This document shows positions 11,328 to 22,671 of a DNA stretch of 64,000 bases, piece by piece (position 1 is the stretch's first letter; every line of letters starts with the position of its first letter). This stretch comes from an uncultured Chloroflexia bacterium. GTDB taxonomy: Bacteria > Chloroflexota > Anaerolineae > CG2-30-64-16. The position numbers and the translations under genes were made by a program. Below the pieces are notes generated by a model. The model worked only from the letters and a program-made list of their open reading frames with translations, was not told where the DNA came from and searched no databases. Location of the stretch: positions 832,001-896,000 of the forward strand of contig CAVZDU010000002.1 of NCBI GenBank assembly GCA_963774265.1. Reading direction: 5' to 3'.

Positions 11328-13293
11328 ATGAAAACGATGGCAGACACAACCTCCGAACCGCTGAAGTCTTCAGCCGAGAGCGGCCAACATGAAGCCTTTG
11401 CCGAGCTGGGCGCGGCGTGCGGGCGGCGCTGGAGACCTATTCCAACGTCCACCGCGGCAGCGGGCATAACTCGCTGACCTCCACGCACTTGTACGAGCAG
11501 GCCCGCGAGATTGTCCTGGATGATCTGGGGCTGGATAAGGAGCGGCCACACCGTCATCTTTTGCTCTCCCAGGCGGGCGGAGCTGCTCCAGGCGCAGCTC
11601 GGGCGGATGAGCTGCCGCACCGTGTCCAGCCGGGACATCGGCCTGCCCCTGGGTCTGCGGGCGGTGGCTGTCGGACGGAATGCGCTGCCCGCGGGCGCGC
11701 CCTTCCAGCCCGGCGGCGGGACGGCCCGGCTGGTCTTTCCCAAGCTGGGTCATCTGGGCCAGGGGGCCGGACAAATTCGAGGCCGGCACACCGGCCATCG
11801 TTAACGTCATTGCCTTTGCCCGGGCGCTGCAGTTGATCCGGCAGTTCGGAAAGGACGCCTTTCTTGGAGCGGACACCGAAAAACGGACGGCGGCTGACAT
11901 CCTGTATCACGACGAGCTGGAGAAATTCACCGGGCGGGAACTGCTGGCTGCACTCCGGCCGACCCTGATCGGTCAAAGGGTTCCCGTCCCGACGCTGGAA
12001 GGCGCCAGGCCCTTCATCAACCTGGATAATGGCGCCAGCACGCCCACCTTCGAACCCATCTGGGATGCGGTCTGCCAGGCCTGGCGCCAGCCGGAGCAGG
12101 TGCAGCGGGAGATCGTCCGGGAGGTCAAGTCCATTTGCGCCGGGGTGCTGGGCGCGCCTCCGGCAGACTACGACGTGATTTTCACATCCAACACCACCGA
12201 AGCCATCAACCTGGCCGCCGAAAGCCTGGGCAGGGAATCCGAACCGGGCATCCAACCGGTCGTGGTGAACACGATCCTGGAACACAACTCGAACGAGCTG
12301 CCGTGGCGCAGGCTTCCCGGCGTTTCGCTGATCCGGTTGCCGGTGGACGCTGAAGGCTTCGTGGATTTGAACGAGCTGGAGACGCTCTTGCGCGCCTACA
12401 ACCAGGAGGGTCAGCACGGCAAGACAGCGCATCAAGCTGGTGGCCGTGAGCGGCGCTTCGAATGTCCTGGGCGTATGCAACGATCTGGCGGAGATCAGCC
12501 GCATCGTGCACCGATACGGCGCGCGCCTGCTGGTGGATGCGGCCCAGTTGGTCGCCCACCGCAAGGTCGAGATGGCAGCATGCGGGATCGACTATCTCGC
12601 CTTCTCGGCCCATAAGGCCTACGCGCCATTCGGCACCGGGGTGTTGATGGTTAGAAAGGGGCTGCTTCATTTCAGCCCCGCCGAACTGGAGCAGATCCAA
12701 TCGTCCGGCGAGGAAAACGTCGGCGGCATCGCCGCGTTGGGCAAGGCGCTGGTGCTGTTGCAGCGCATCGGCCTGGATGTGATCCAGGAGGAAGAACAGG
12801 CTTTGACCGGGCGGGCCTTGCGCGGCCTGGCGCAAATACCCGGCCTCACGGTTTACGGGATCAAGGACCCGGACTCGCCCCGGTTCGCCCAAAAAGGCGG
12901 TGTCATTGTCTTTCGCCTGGAGGGCATCATGGCCAACCGGGTGGCCAAAGAACTGGCCGAGCGGGGCGGGATCGGCGTGCGCTCCGGTTGCCACTGCGCT
13001 CATCTGTTGATCAAGCACCTGCTCGATATTCCTCCACTGCTGGAGCAATTGCAGGGCGTGATCGCTGACCCTGTTCCCGCAGGTCGCGCCTGCCTGGCCT
13101 CACCCGCGTGAGCCTGGGCATCGAGAACAGCGTCGGAGGAGATTGATACATTGATTGACGTATTGGACAAAATCGCCCGGCAGCCCCGGACCGAGACGGA
13201 CAACCCCTTCGCTTCGACGCAGACCGATATCCAGCGGCAGATGGATGATTTCGCCAGGGCTGCGGCCCAGAGAGTCTATATGCAGCCAACTAG
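11328..13293 (+). CDS. Class V PLP-dependent aminotransferase / SufS-like protein with partially duplicated N-terminus (frameshifted)
   Basis: YSNVHRGSG, FEAGTP, LDNGAST, NTTEAIN, EHNSN, DAAQ, SAHK (PLP lysine), RSGCHCAH. Confidence 0.8.
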
Positions 13294-13320
13294 AAAATTG
13301 TGGCTGGGTTGGGACGCTGT

Positions 13321-13357
13321 TTGAATTTTGGGGGGCGTGTTATATAATTGATCCATG
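13321..13357 (+). promoter_or_regulatory. Leaderless promoter of regulator 2
   Basis: TTGAAT at 13321, TATAAT at 13343-13348, 6 nt, then ATG at 13355; ~65 bp shared with 17425-17490. Confidence 0.7.
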
Positions 13358-16054
13358 TCCACGCCCATCTTAGCCACCAAACTTTATATTCCCCTACCTC
13401 GGCCTAAAGTCGTCCTCCGCCCCCGCCTGATCGAGCGGCTGAACGAGGGTCTGCTCCAGCCGGGCGCGCAAACTGACCCTCATCTCTGCCCCCGCCGGCT
13501 TTGGCAAAACCACGCTGGTCAGCGAATGGGTCGCCGGTTGCGACGCGCGACCGGTCGCCTGGCTGTCGCTGGACGAAGGGGATAACGACCCCGCACGCTT
13601 TCTGACTTACCTCGTCGCGGCTTTGCAGACCATCTTTGCCGGTATCGGAGCAGGGGTGTTGGCTGCGCTCGCAATCCCCCCAGCCGCCGCCAACCGAATC
13701 GATTCTGACAACCCTGCTCAATGAAATCACCACCATCCCGGACAATTTCATCCTCGTCCTTGACGACTACCACGCTGATTGATGCCAAACCTGGTCGACG
13801 CAGGCCCTCACCTTTCTGCTCGAGCACCTGCCGCCGCAGATGCACCTGGTCATCGCCACCCGTGAGGATCCGCATCTACCCCTGGCCCGGTTGCGCGCCC
13901 GGGGCCAATTGACCGAGCTGCGCGCCGCCGACTTGCGTTTTACCCCCGCCGAAGCCGCCGAGTTTCTCAACCAGGTGATGGGGCTGAACCTCTCGGCGGA
14001 AGACATCGCCGCACTGGAAACCCGCACCGAAGGCTGGATTGCCGGCCTGCAATTGGCCGCGCTTTCAATGCAGGGACATCAAGACACCACCAGCTTCATC
14101 AAGTCTTTCACCGGCAGCCACCATTTCGTGCTGGACTATCTGGTTGAAGAAGTCCTGGGACAGCAGTCCGAAAGCGTCCAGACTTTCTTGCTGCGCACGT
14201 CCATCCTCGACCGCCTGTGCGGCCCTCTGTGTGATGCCGTTCTGCTCGGATGCCGGCGGGCATCCGCGATGTCCGGGCAGGAAACCCTGGAATATCTCGA
14301 ACATGCCAACCTGTTCATCGTCCCCCTGGACAACGAGCGGCGTTGGTACCGCTATCACCATCTCTTTGCCGAATTGCTGCGGCAGCGACTGCACCAGAGC
14401 GCCGCCTCGCCTACCGGGAGTGACAAGGGGAGCGTGGTCGATCTACACACACGTGCCAGCCAATGGTATGAAGACAATGGCCTGGAGATTGAAGCTTTTC
14501 ACCATGCGGCTGCCGCCAATGACATTGAGCGCGCCGAGCGGCTGATTGAGGGAGGGGGGATGCCCCTGCACTCACTCGGCGCGGTGACCGCCATACTCGA
14601 CTGGCTGGATTCGCTGCCAAGGCCGTACTGGATGCCAGGCCCCGGTTGTGGGTGAGGTCGGCCACGTCGGCGCTGATGGCTGGACGGACAACCGGCGTCG
14701 AAGAGAAACTGCAAGCGGCCGAAAGCAGCCACTGCAAGATGCCGATCCTGATGACAAGACCCGCGACCTGATCGGGCAAATTGCCGCCATCAGAGCCACG
14801 TTGGCGCTCCTCCGCTACCAGCCGGAGGCCACGATCATCCAGGCGCGCCGCGCCCTGGAGTACCTGCACCCCGACAACCTGCCTTTCCGCAGCACGAGCT
14901 ATCTGGACGCTGGGGTTTGCTTACCAGCTCCAGGGGGACCGTGCCGCGGCCCGTCAGGTCTATACCGAAGCCATAGCTATCAGCCAGGCGTCCGGGAATA
15001 TCGTACTACACTATATTGGCTACAACCAGCCTGGGCAAGATACAGGAATCTGAAAACCAGCTTTATCAGGCGGCCGAGACCTACCGGCGCTCCTGCAACT
15101 GCTTAGCGATCAGGGACCTCCGAATGCCAGCGAAGCGTATCTTGGCCTGGCCCGCATATTCTACGAATGGAACGATCTGGATGCCGCTGAGCAGCACGGA
15201 CAACAGAGCCTGCAACTGGCGCGGCAGTATGACCGCGTGATTGACCGATTCATTATCTGCGAGGTGTTCCTGGCCCGCCTGAAACTGGCCCGGGGCGATG
15301 TGGCCGGCGCGGCCGCCATGTTGGCGGAGACCGAGCAGTCCGTGCGCCAGCATAACTTCGTGCAGCGCATGCCCGAGGTTGCTGCCGCGCAAGTGCTTGC
15401 GCTGCTTCGCCAGGGCGATCTGGCGGCAGCCGCTGCATCTGGCCCAGACGCACGATCTCCCCATCAGCCAGGCCCGGGTACACCTGGCCCAGGGAGACCC
15501 GTCCGCAGCGCTGGCGGTGCTGGAGCCATTGCGTCAGCAGATGGAAGCCAAGGGTTGGCAGGATGAACGGCTCAAGGTGATGGTTCTGCAGGCGGTCGCG
15601 CTGCATGCGCATGGCGAAAAGGACAAGGCTGTGCAACTGCTGGGTGAGGCGCTGGCGCTGGCCGAGCCGGGCGGCTTCATCCGTCTCTTTGTGGACGAAG
15701 GCGAGCCGATGCGATGTGCTGATCTTCGATTGTCGATTGAAAAGCAGCGCGCGTGCCGGATCATGCCAGAGCGGTTACGCGGATAAACTCCTGGCTGCTT
15801 TTGCACAACCGGCGGCCATGCCACAATCGAAAATCGAACAATCCAGCAATCCACACATGCTTGAGCCACTGAGCCAACGCGAGTTGGAAGTGCTGAAGCT
15901 GATCGCCCAGGGACTCTCGAACCGTGAGATCGGCGAGCGGCTTTTCCTCGCCCTGGACACGGTCAAAGGGCACAACCGCAGAATCTTCGACAAACTGCAG
16001 GTTCAAAGCCGCACCGAAGCCATCGCCCGCGCCCGCGAGCTGGGCTTGCTGTAA
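13355..16054 (+). CDS. MalT-like STAND-TPR-LuxR regulator, copy 2 (frameshifted)
   Basis: Colinear fragments of the intact copy; [20 protein letters not shown]. Confidence 0.9.
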
Positions 16055-16102
16055 CAGCAAGCGCCGTATTCCTCACTATTCTCCCCTTCAATCAATTCAA
16101 AA

Positions 16103-16161
16103 CAACACCTCCCACCAACACCAAAGTGTCTATACGACTAACACCGTGTTGCCGATATACT
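16103..16161 (+). promoter_or_regulatory. Putative operator/promoter, CAACACC type, copy 2
   Basis: CAACACC at 16103 and 16116, TAACACC at 16139, TATACT at 16156. Confidence 0.75.
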
Positions 16162-16223
16162 ACTTGTGCATTGAGCAAGTGGCACAGACCGGCTGTATGA
16201 CCGGCCACAACAGGTACAAGGTG

Positions 16224-16538
16224 ATGTCAAACAAACTCGACCCAACAACTGATCCAAGTCAACCCGTGGTCTATCAGATCAGGCTCAAGGGCCATCTGGG
16301 CCGTCAGTGGACAGACTGGTTTGGCGGCCTGACCATCACGCTGGAAGAGGACGGCGATACGCTCCTAACCGGCCCGGTGGTCGACCAGGCCGCGTTGCAT
16401 GGATTGCTCAAAAAAGTGCGTGATCTGGGTATGCCATTGGTCTCGGTCACTCCTGTCGAACCCGGCCCTCCGACGACGCTCCCCCTTCGGGGACTTCGCG
16501 GGACAGGCCAGGCAGATGCGTCAGATGTCAAGTCGTAA
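16224..16538 (+). CDS. Small ACT-like hypothetical protein, copy 2
   Basis: Nearly identical core to 10355..10600. Confidence 0.8.
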   Translation: MSNKLDPTTDPSQPVVYQIRLKGHLGRQWTDWFGGLTITLEEDGDTLLTGPVVDQAALHGLLKKVRDLGMPLVSVTPVEPGPPTTLPLRGLRGTGQADASDVKS

Positions 16539-16591
16539 ATTGGCGTGAGCGTCTTGTTTACGCCAAAATCAATCACAACAAGGAGAGAAAA

Positions 16592-17254
16592 ATGAAAAAA
16601 GTTAAACAATTCGGAGAAACCGTGGAAGGATATAACATCCCTGTCTTAAACGAGCGGGAAATAAGAGCATCGGCAGGGATACTGTTTATATCTATGTTCT
16701 TTTCCTGGATGCTGGTCATATTTAAAGAGAGTTTTTTCCTGATCAAGTTTGTTAACACAATCTTCCTGACAGATTTGATCATACGGGTATTGATCAATCC
16801 CAAGTATTCACCTTCATTAATAATCGGGAGGTTGATCGTAGGCGGTCAAACCCCCGAATATGTCGGCGCGGCTCAAAAAAAGTTTGCCTGGACGATCGGT
16901 CTGGTGTTAGCTACGATCATATTCCTGCTGTTGGTTGTAATGAATTCAACTAGCTTCATTACCGGGATTGTCTGTCAAATCTGCCTGTTATTCTTATTCT
17001 TTGAAGCTGTGTTCGGCATTTGTTTGGGATGCAAGTTCTATCCAATGTTCCATAAAGAAAAAACTCAATACTGCCCCGGTGAAATTTGTGATGTCAAGGT
17101 AAAACAGGAGATCCAGAAAACGTCGTTACTGCAAAAAGGCGTTGTGATTGGGTCTTTCGCTTATGTGATAGCAGCAGCGATCTTGCTTAACAATAATTTT
17201 AGTGCAAAACCGACTGACTTATGGGTCATCGTGAAATCTGTTCTATCGCTCTAA
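16592..17254 (+). CDS. DUF4395-like membrane protein
   Basis: NEREIRASAG, QKKFAW, FGICLGC, CPGEIC; visibly AT-rich; AGGAG RBS. Confidence 0.8.
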   Translation: MKKVKQFGETVEGYNIPVLNEREIRASAGILFISMFFSWMLVIFKESFFLIKFVNTIFLTDLIIRVLINPKYSPSLIIGRLIVGGQTPEYVGAAQKKFAWTIGLVLATIIFLLLVVMNSTSFITGIVCQICLLFLFFEAVFGICLGCKFYPMFHKEKTQYCPGEICDVKVKQEIQKTSLLQKGVVIGSFAYVIAAAILLNNNFSAKPTDLWVIVKSVLSL

Positions 17255-17489
17255 GGATTGGTGCTGATAAAAATAGTTGCGACAACCGTCCATGTTCATG
17301 CTGGGCGTTGCGATTGCGGGAGTATCTTCAGCAGTCCGACAGCTAGTGGGAATGCGAAAGACACCTGCCATCGACCCGGCAGATCCAGCCCCAAAGCCCA
17401 TATGATAGTTGCGGGGCGCATACGCTAGGAGATTGTGGCTGGGTTGGGACGCTGTTTGAATTTCGGGGGGCGTGGTATATGATTGATTC

Positions 17490-20231
17490 ATGTCCACGCC
17501 CATCCTGGCCACCAAACTTTATGTTCCCCTTCTTCGGCCTAAAGTCGTCCTCCGCCCCCGCCTGATCGAGCGGCTGAACGAGGGTCTGCGCCAAAGCCAC
17601 GGCTTTGGACGCAAACTGACCCTCATCTCTGCCTCCGCCGGCTTCGGTAAAACCACGCTGGTCAGCGAATGGGTCGCCGGCTGCGAGCGCGGCGAACCGA
17701 AGGTCCGCGTTGCCTGGCTGTCGCTGGATGAAGGGGACAACGATCCCGCACGCTTTCTGACTTACCTCGTCGCGGCGGTGCAGACAGTCGCGCCCCGAGG
17801 GTCCGCTGTCGACGAGATCGGAGCAGGGGTGCTGGCTGCGCTGCAATCCCCCCAGCCGCCACCAACCGAATCGCTTCTGACGACCCTGCTCAATGAAATT
17901 GCGGCCATCCCGGAGAATTTCATCCTCGTCCTGGACGACTACCACGTCATCGATGCCCGACCGGTTGCCGCGTCGACCTCCGTCGACGCGGCCCTCACCT
18001 TTCTGGTGGAACATTTACCACCGCAGATGCACCTGGTCATTGCCACGCGTGAGGATCCCCATCTCCCCCTGGCCCGGTACCGCGCCCGGGGCCAATTGAC
18101 CGAGCTGCGCGCCGCCGATTTGCGTTTCACCCCCGCCGAAGCCGCCGAATTTCTCAACCAGGCCATGGGTCTGCACTTGTCGGTCGAAAACATCGCGGCC
18201 CTGGAAACCCGCACCGAAGGCTGGATTGCCGGCCTGCAATTGGCCGCACTTTCAATGCGGGGACATCAAGACACCGCCGGCTTCATCAAGTCTTTCACCG
18301 GCAGCCACCATTTCGTGCTGGACTACCTGGTTGAAGAAGTCCTGGGGCAGCAATCCGAAAGCGTCCAGGCTTTCTTGCTGCGCACATCCATCCTGGACCG
18401 CATGTGCGGCCCGCTGTGTGACGCGGTTTCGCAGGGCGACCAGGGTCCCACGCCTGCTGCTTCCGGTCAGGAAACCCTGGAATACCTCGAACACGCCAAC
18501 CTGTTTGTCGTCCCCCTGGACAACGAGCGGCGCTGGTACCGCTATCACCATCTCTTTGCAGAATTGCTGCGGCAGCGGCTGCAGCAGAGCCTCGCTTCAT
18601 CAGGGGATGAAGGGCGGAGCGGGGCCGAGTTACACAGCTTGGCCAGCCAATGGTACGAAAACCATGGCCTGGTGATCGAAGCCTTCCGTCATGCGGCTGC
18701 CGCCCATGACATTGAACGCGCCGAGCGGCTGATTGGGGGAGGAGGGATACCCCTGCATTCACTTTTCGCGGCGACCGCCATGCTCGACTGGCTGGATTCG
18801 CTGCCGAAGACTGTATTGGATGCCAGACCCTGGTTGTGGGTAAGTTCTGCCACATCGGCGCTACTGGCTGGACAGACAACTGGTGTCGAAGAAAAACTAC
18901 AAGCAGCTGAAAAAGCCATACAAAATGCCGATCTTGATGATAAGACCCGCGACCTGATTGGACAAATTGCCGCTGTGAGAGCCATATTGGCGCACCTCCA
19001 ATACCAGCCAGAAGCCACGATCACCCAGGCGCGCCGCGCCCTGGAGTACCTGCACCCCGATAACCCGCCTTTCCGTAGTAGAGCTTTCCGGGCGCTGGGG
19101 TTTGCTTACCAGCTCCAGGGGGACCGTGCCGCGGCCCGTCAGGCCTTTACCGAAGCCATATCTATCAGACAAGCGTCCGGGGATATCTACCTAACTGTAT
19201 CAGCTGCAACCGGCTTGGGCAACGTACAGGAATCTGAAAACCAGCTTTATCAGGCGGTCGAAACCTACCAACGCTCCCTGCAACTGCTTAGTGATCAGTC
19301 ATCTTCGAACGCTGATCAAGAGTTTATTGGCTTGGCTCGCATATTCTATGAATGGAACGATCTGGATGCCGCTGAGCAGTACGGGCAGCAGAGCCTTCAA
19401 CTAGCGCGGCAGTATGATCGCGCGGTTGATAGATTCGTTATCTGCGAGGTGTTTCTTGCCCGCTTGAAACTGGCCCGGGGTGATGTAGCCAGCGCAGCTG
19501 CAATGTTGGCTGAAACCAGCCGTTCCGTGCAACAGCATAACTACGAGCATCGTATACCCGATGTAGCTGCTCAACAAGTGATAGTGTTGCTTCATCAGGG
19601 TGATCTGGCGGCAGCTGCACAATTGGCTCAAGCACACGAACTGCCCCTGAGCCAGGCCAGGGTACACCTGGCCCAGGGAGACCCATCCGCAGCGCTGGCG
19701 GTGTTGGGGCCGTATCGCCAGCAGGCGGAAGCCAGGAATTGGCAGGATGAACGGCTCAAGGTGATGGTCCTCCAGGCGGTCGCGCTCCAGGCGCATGGCG
19801 AAGTGGACAGAGCCGTGCAGCTTCTGGGCGAGGCGCTGGCACTGGCCGAGCCGGGCGGCTTCATCCGGACCTTTGTGGACGAAGGCGAGCCGGTGGCCCG
19901 GCTATTGTCCGGGGCGGCTGCCCGTGGGATGATGCCGGACTATACCGCTAAGCTGCTGGCTGCATTTCAGGATGTGACGCATGACGAAGGACAGACGCCA
20001 CAACTTGCGCCTTCCGTCCTTCGTCCTTCGTCATTGGGCGAGCCATTGAGCCAACGCGAGTTGGAAATCCTGAAGCTGATCATCCAGGGACTCTCGAACC
20101 GTGAGATCGGCGAGCGGCTCTTCCTCGCCCTGGACACGGTCAAAGGGCACAACCGCAGGATCTTCGACAAACTCCAGGTGCAAAGCCGCACCGAAGCCAT
20201 CGCCCGCGCCCGCGAGCTGGGCTTGTTGTAA
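17490..20231 (+). CDS. MalT-like STAND-TPR-LuxR regulator, copy 3 (intact, 913 aa)
   Basis: Walker A/B, TPR-like sensor and LuxR HTH; leaderless start TATGAT-N6-ATG. Confidence 0.95.
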   Translation: MSTPILATKLYVPLLRPKVVLRPRLIERLNEGLRQSHGFGRKLTLISASAGFGKTTLVSEWVAGCERGEPKVRVAWLSLDEGDNDPARFLTYLVAAVQTVAPRGSAVDEIGAGVLAALQSPQPPPTESLLTTLLNEIAAIPENFILVLDDYHVIDARPVAASTSVDAALTFLVEHLPPQMHLVIATREDPHLPLARYRARGQLTELRAADLRFTPAEAAEFLNQAMGLHLSVENIAALETRTEGWIAGLQLAALSMRGHQDTAGFIKSFTGSHHFVLDYLVEEVLGQQSESVQAFLLRTSILDRMCGPLCDAVSQGDQGPTPAASGQETLEYLEHANLFVVPLDNERRWYRYHHLFAELLRQRLQQSLASSGDEGRSGAELHSLASQWYENHGLVIEAFRHAAAAHDIERAERLIGGGGIPLHSLFAATAMLDWLDSLPKTVLDARPWLWVSSATSALLAGQTTGVEEKLQAAEKAIQNADLDDKTRDLIGQIAAVRAILAHLQYQPEATITQARRALEYLHPDNPPFRSRAFRALGFAYQLQGDRAAARQAFTEAISIRQASGDIYLTVSAATGLGNVQESENQLYQAVETYQRSLQLLSDQSSSNADQEFIGLARIFYEWNDLDAAEQYGQQSLQLARQYDRAVDRFVICEVFLARLKLARGDVASAAAMLAETSRSVQQHNYEHRIPDVAAQQVIVLLHQGDLAAAAQLAQAHELPLSQARVHLAQGDPSAALAVLGPYRQQAEARNWQDERLKVMVLQAVALQAHGEVDRAVQLLGEALALAEPGGFIRTFVDEGEPVARLLSGAAARGMMPDYTAKLLAAFQDVTHDEGQTPQLAPSVLRPSSLGEPLSQRELEILKLIIQGLSNREIGERLFLALDTVKGHNRRIFDKLQVQSRTEAIARARELGLL

Positions 20232-20279
20232 CAGCAGGGTCCGTATTCCTCAACACTCTCCTCCTTCAGTGATCCAAAG

Positions 20280-20337
20280 CAACACCTCCAACCAACACCA
20301 AAGTGTCTATACACTAACACCGCATTGCGGATATTCT
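20280..20337 (+). promoter_or_regulatory. Putative operator/promoter, CAACACC type, copy 3
   Basis: CAACACC at 20280 and 20293, TAACACC at 20315, TATTCT at 20332. Confidence 0.75.
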
Positions 20338-20409
20338 ACTTATGCCGACATCTTCATCCTGGGTGTGCTCTACACGGCTGTCAATATAAGGTGAATTTGG
20401 AGGAAACTC

Positions 20410-21393
20410 ATGAAAGCGATTATCTGCACAAAATACGGCCCCCCTGATGTACTTCAGCTCCAAGAGGTGGAAAAACCTACGCCCAAGGAGGATGAAGTAC
20501 TGGTAAAGGTTCATGCTGCATCCGTAAATGCGTATGACTGGCATCTACTGACCGCTGACATGTTCCTGGTTCGCCTCATGGGCGGGGGGCTGCTTAGACC
20601 CAAAAAGGCGATACCGGGCGTGGACATCGCCGGGCGGATTGAAGCGGCTGGAAGTAACGTCAAGCAGTTTCGGCCAGGTGATGAAGTGTTCGGGGATATC
20701 TCCGCATGTGGTAATGGCGGTTTTGCCGAGTATGTATCTGTTCCTGAGAATGCACTGGCGCTGAAACCGGCTACTCTATCGTTCGAGGAAGCCGCGGCTG
20801 TACCCATGGCGGCCGTCACTGCCCTGCAGGGTCTGCGCGATGAAGGGCGGATTCAGGCGGGGCAGAAGGTATTGATCAACGGGGCGTCTGGCGGGGTGGG
20901 GACGTTTGCGGTGCAGATCGCCAAAGCGTTCGGCGCTGAAGTCACAGCCGTGTGCAGTACACGGAACTTGGACATGGCGCGCACGCTTGGGGCAGACCGG
21001 GTCATTGACTACACCAAAGAAGATTTTACCCGCAATGGGCAGACATATGACCTGATTCTTGCCGCTAACGGATATCATCCGCTTTCAGCGTACAAGCGTG
21101 CCTTAACTCCCCAGGGCATTTACGTTATGGTTGGAGGCAAGCCAGGGCAGATTTTCCAGGCCATGCTCCTGGGAAGTTGGATGTCGGAAAACGGGGGTAA
21201 GAAGCTGGGAGGCTTCACGGCGAAAGCGAACCAGAAAGATTTGGTTATGCTCAAAGAGCTTGTGGAAGCGGGCAAGGTCGTACCGGTTATTGATAAACGC
21301 TACTCGCTAAGTGAGGCTGCTGAAGCTCTCCGGTATCTTGGAGCAGGACATGCCCGTGGAAAAGTTGTCATCACTGTGGAACACAGCAACTAA
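20410..21393 (+). CDS. NAD(P)-dependent MDR oxidoreductase
   Basis: MKAIICTKYGPPDVL, NGASGGVG, GHARGKVV. Confidence 0.9.
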   Translation: MKAIICTKYGPPDVLQLQEVEKPTPKEDEVLVKVHAASVNAYDWHLLTADMFLVRLMGGGLLRPKKAIPGVDIAGRIEAAGSNVKQFRPGDEVFGDISACGNGGFAEYVSVPENALALKPATLSFEEAAAVPMAAVTALQGLRDEGRIQAGQKVLINGASGGVGTFAVQIAKAFGAEVTAVCSTRNLDMARTLGADRVIDYTKEDFTRNGQTYDLILAANGYHPLSAYKRALTPQGIYVMVGGKPGQIFQAMLLGSWMSENGGKKLGGFTAKANQKDLVMLKELVEAGKVVPVIDKRYSLSEAAEALRYLGAGHARGKVVITVEHSN

Positions 21394-21454
21394 ACCCGCC
21401 AAAGCGCCGCATCCGGTAAGTTGCGCGGCCATGCTGGCTTGGAAAGCGCCGACT

Positions 21455-22582
21455 ATGAATTCGAATCAATCCTTCGCACCAAAAGCAGGGCATATTATGT
21501 TGATCATATTTTCTATCTTGTTGGCTTGCCTACTCATTCTTGTGGGCGGGCTGCAGCTATGGAGTCCAGGAAAACCAACGCCCTTCGTGGATGAAAACGG
21601 AAAGCCGCTGGCGGGCAGCGTTTCGGAGAAAGTATTTGTCAACATCAACGGTGTGGAGCAGGGGATGTTTGTCACGAGCAAAGATGCAAGGCATCCAGTG
21701 CTGCTTTACCTTCATGGGGGTATACCTGATTACTTCCTTACACAAAGGTATCCTACCGGTCTTGAAGACTTATTCACCGTCGTTTGGTGGGAACAGCGTG
21801 GTTCAGGACTCTCCTATAGTTCCGATATCCCACCAGAGACGATGACGCTGGAGCAAATGATATCTGACACGCTGGAGCTGACGAATTACTTGCGTCACCG
21901 CTTTGGTCAGGAAAAGATATACCTGATGGGACATTCGGGGGGAACCTTTATTGGCATCCAGGCGGCTGCACGGGCACCGGAGTTGTACTATGCCTATATT
22001 GGCGTTGCTCAGATGTCGAATCAACTTAAATCTGAAAGACTGGCGTACGAGTATATGCTTCAGCAGTTCCAAGAGAACGGAAACTTAGAAATGGTGCGAA
22101 GACTTGAAGCAGCACCCGTAACGATGACGGGCGGCATACCAGATGCCTATCTTGCAGTGCGTGACGAAGCAATGCATAGCCTTGGTATCGGCACGACACA
22201 TGACATGAATTCGGTCCTCAGCGGCATCTTTTTCCCTTCGCTAACATTCCGGGGGTACACACTATTGGAAAAGATCAATCTGTGGCGTGGCAAATCTCAA
22301 ACCGGTGTTAGCTCTATGTGGGGTGAAATAATCGCCACGGATCTGACCATAACTGTGCCAGAGCTTGAAATCCCCGTCTATTTCTTCGGCGGCATATACG
22401 ATTACACTGTCTCCTACCCGGAGGCAAAATCCTATTTTGAGAAACTGAAGGCACCAGTAAAAGGGTTTTATACGTTTGAGCAGTCTGCTCACAGCCCCAT
22501 ATTTGAAGAGCCCGAAAAAACGCTGAAGATTTTGCAGGAGGACGTTCTGGCAGGGACGAATAGCCTTGCTGACGTAAAGTAA
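21455..22582 (+). CDS. Membrane-anchored alpha/beta hydrolase
   Basis: LHGG, WEQRGSG, GHSGG nucleophile, SAHSP; exact start uncertain. Confidence 0.88.
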   Translation: MNSNQSFAPKAGHIMLIIFSILLACLLILVGGLQLWSPGKPTPFVDENGKPLAGSVSEKVFVNINGVEQGMFVTSKDARHPVLLYLHGGIPDYFLTQRYPTGLEDLFTVVWWEQRGSGLSYSSDIPPETMTLEQMISDTLELTNYLRHRFGQEKIYLMGHSGGTFIGIQAAARAPELYYAYIGVAQMSNQLKSERLAYEYMLQQFQENGNLEMVRRLEAAPVTMTGGIPDAYLAVRDEAMHSLGIGTTHDMNSVLSGIFFPSLTFRGYTLLEKINLWRGKSQTGVSSMWGEIIATDLTITVPELEIPVYFFGGIYDYTVSYPEAKSYFEKLKAPVKGFYTFEQSAHSPIFEEPEKTLKILQEDVLAGTNSLADVK

Positions 22583-22671
22583 GTGGATTAGGATGATGTG
22601 AAAGCGCCTGCTGGATTGCGGCCACGGCTGGGTCGCCCTGAAAGCCAGGCACAGCGCAGGCGCCGTGCCTA

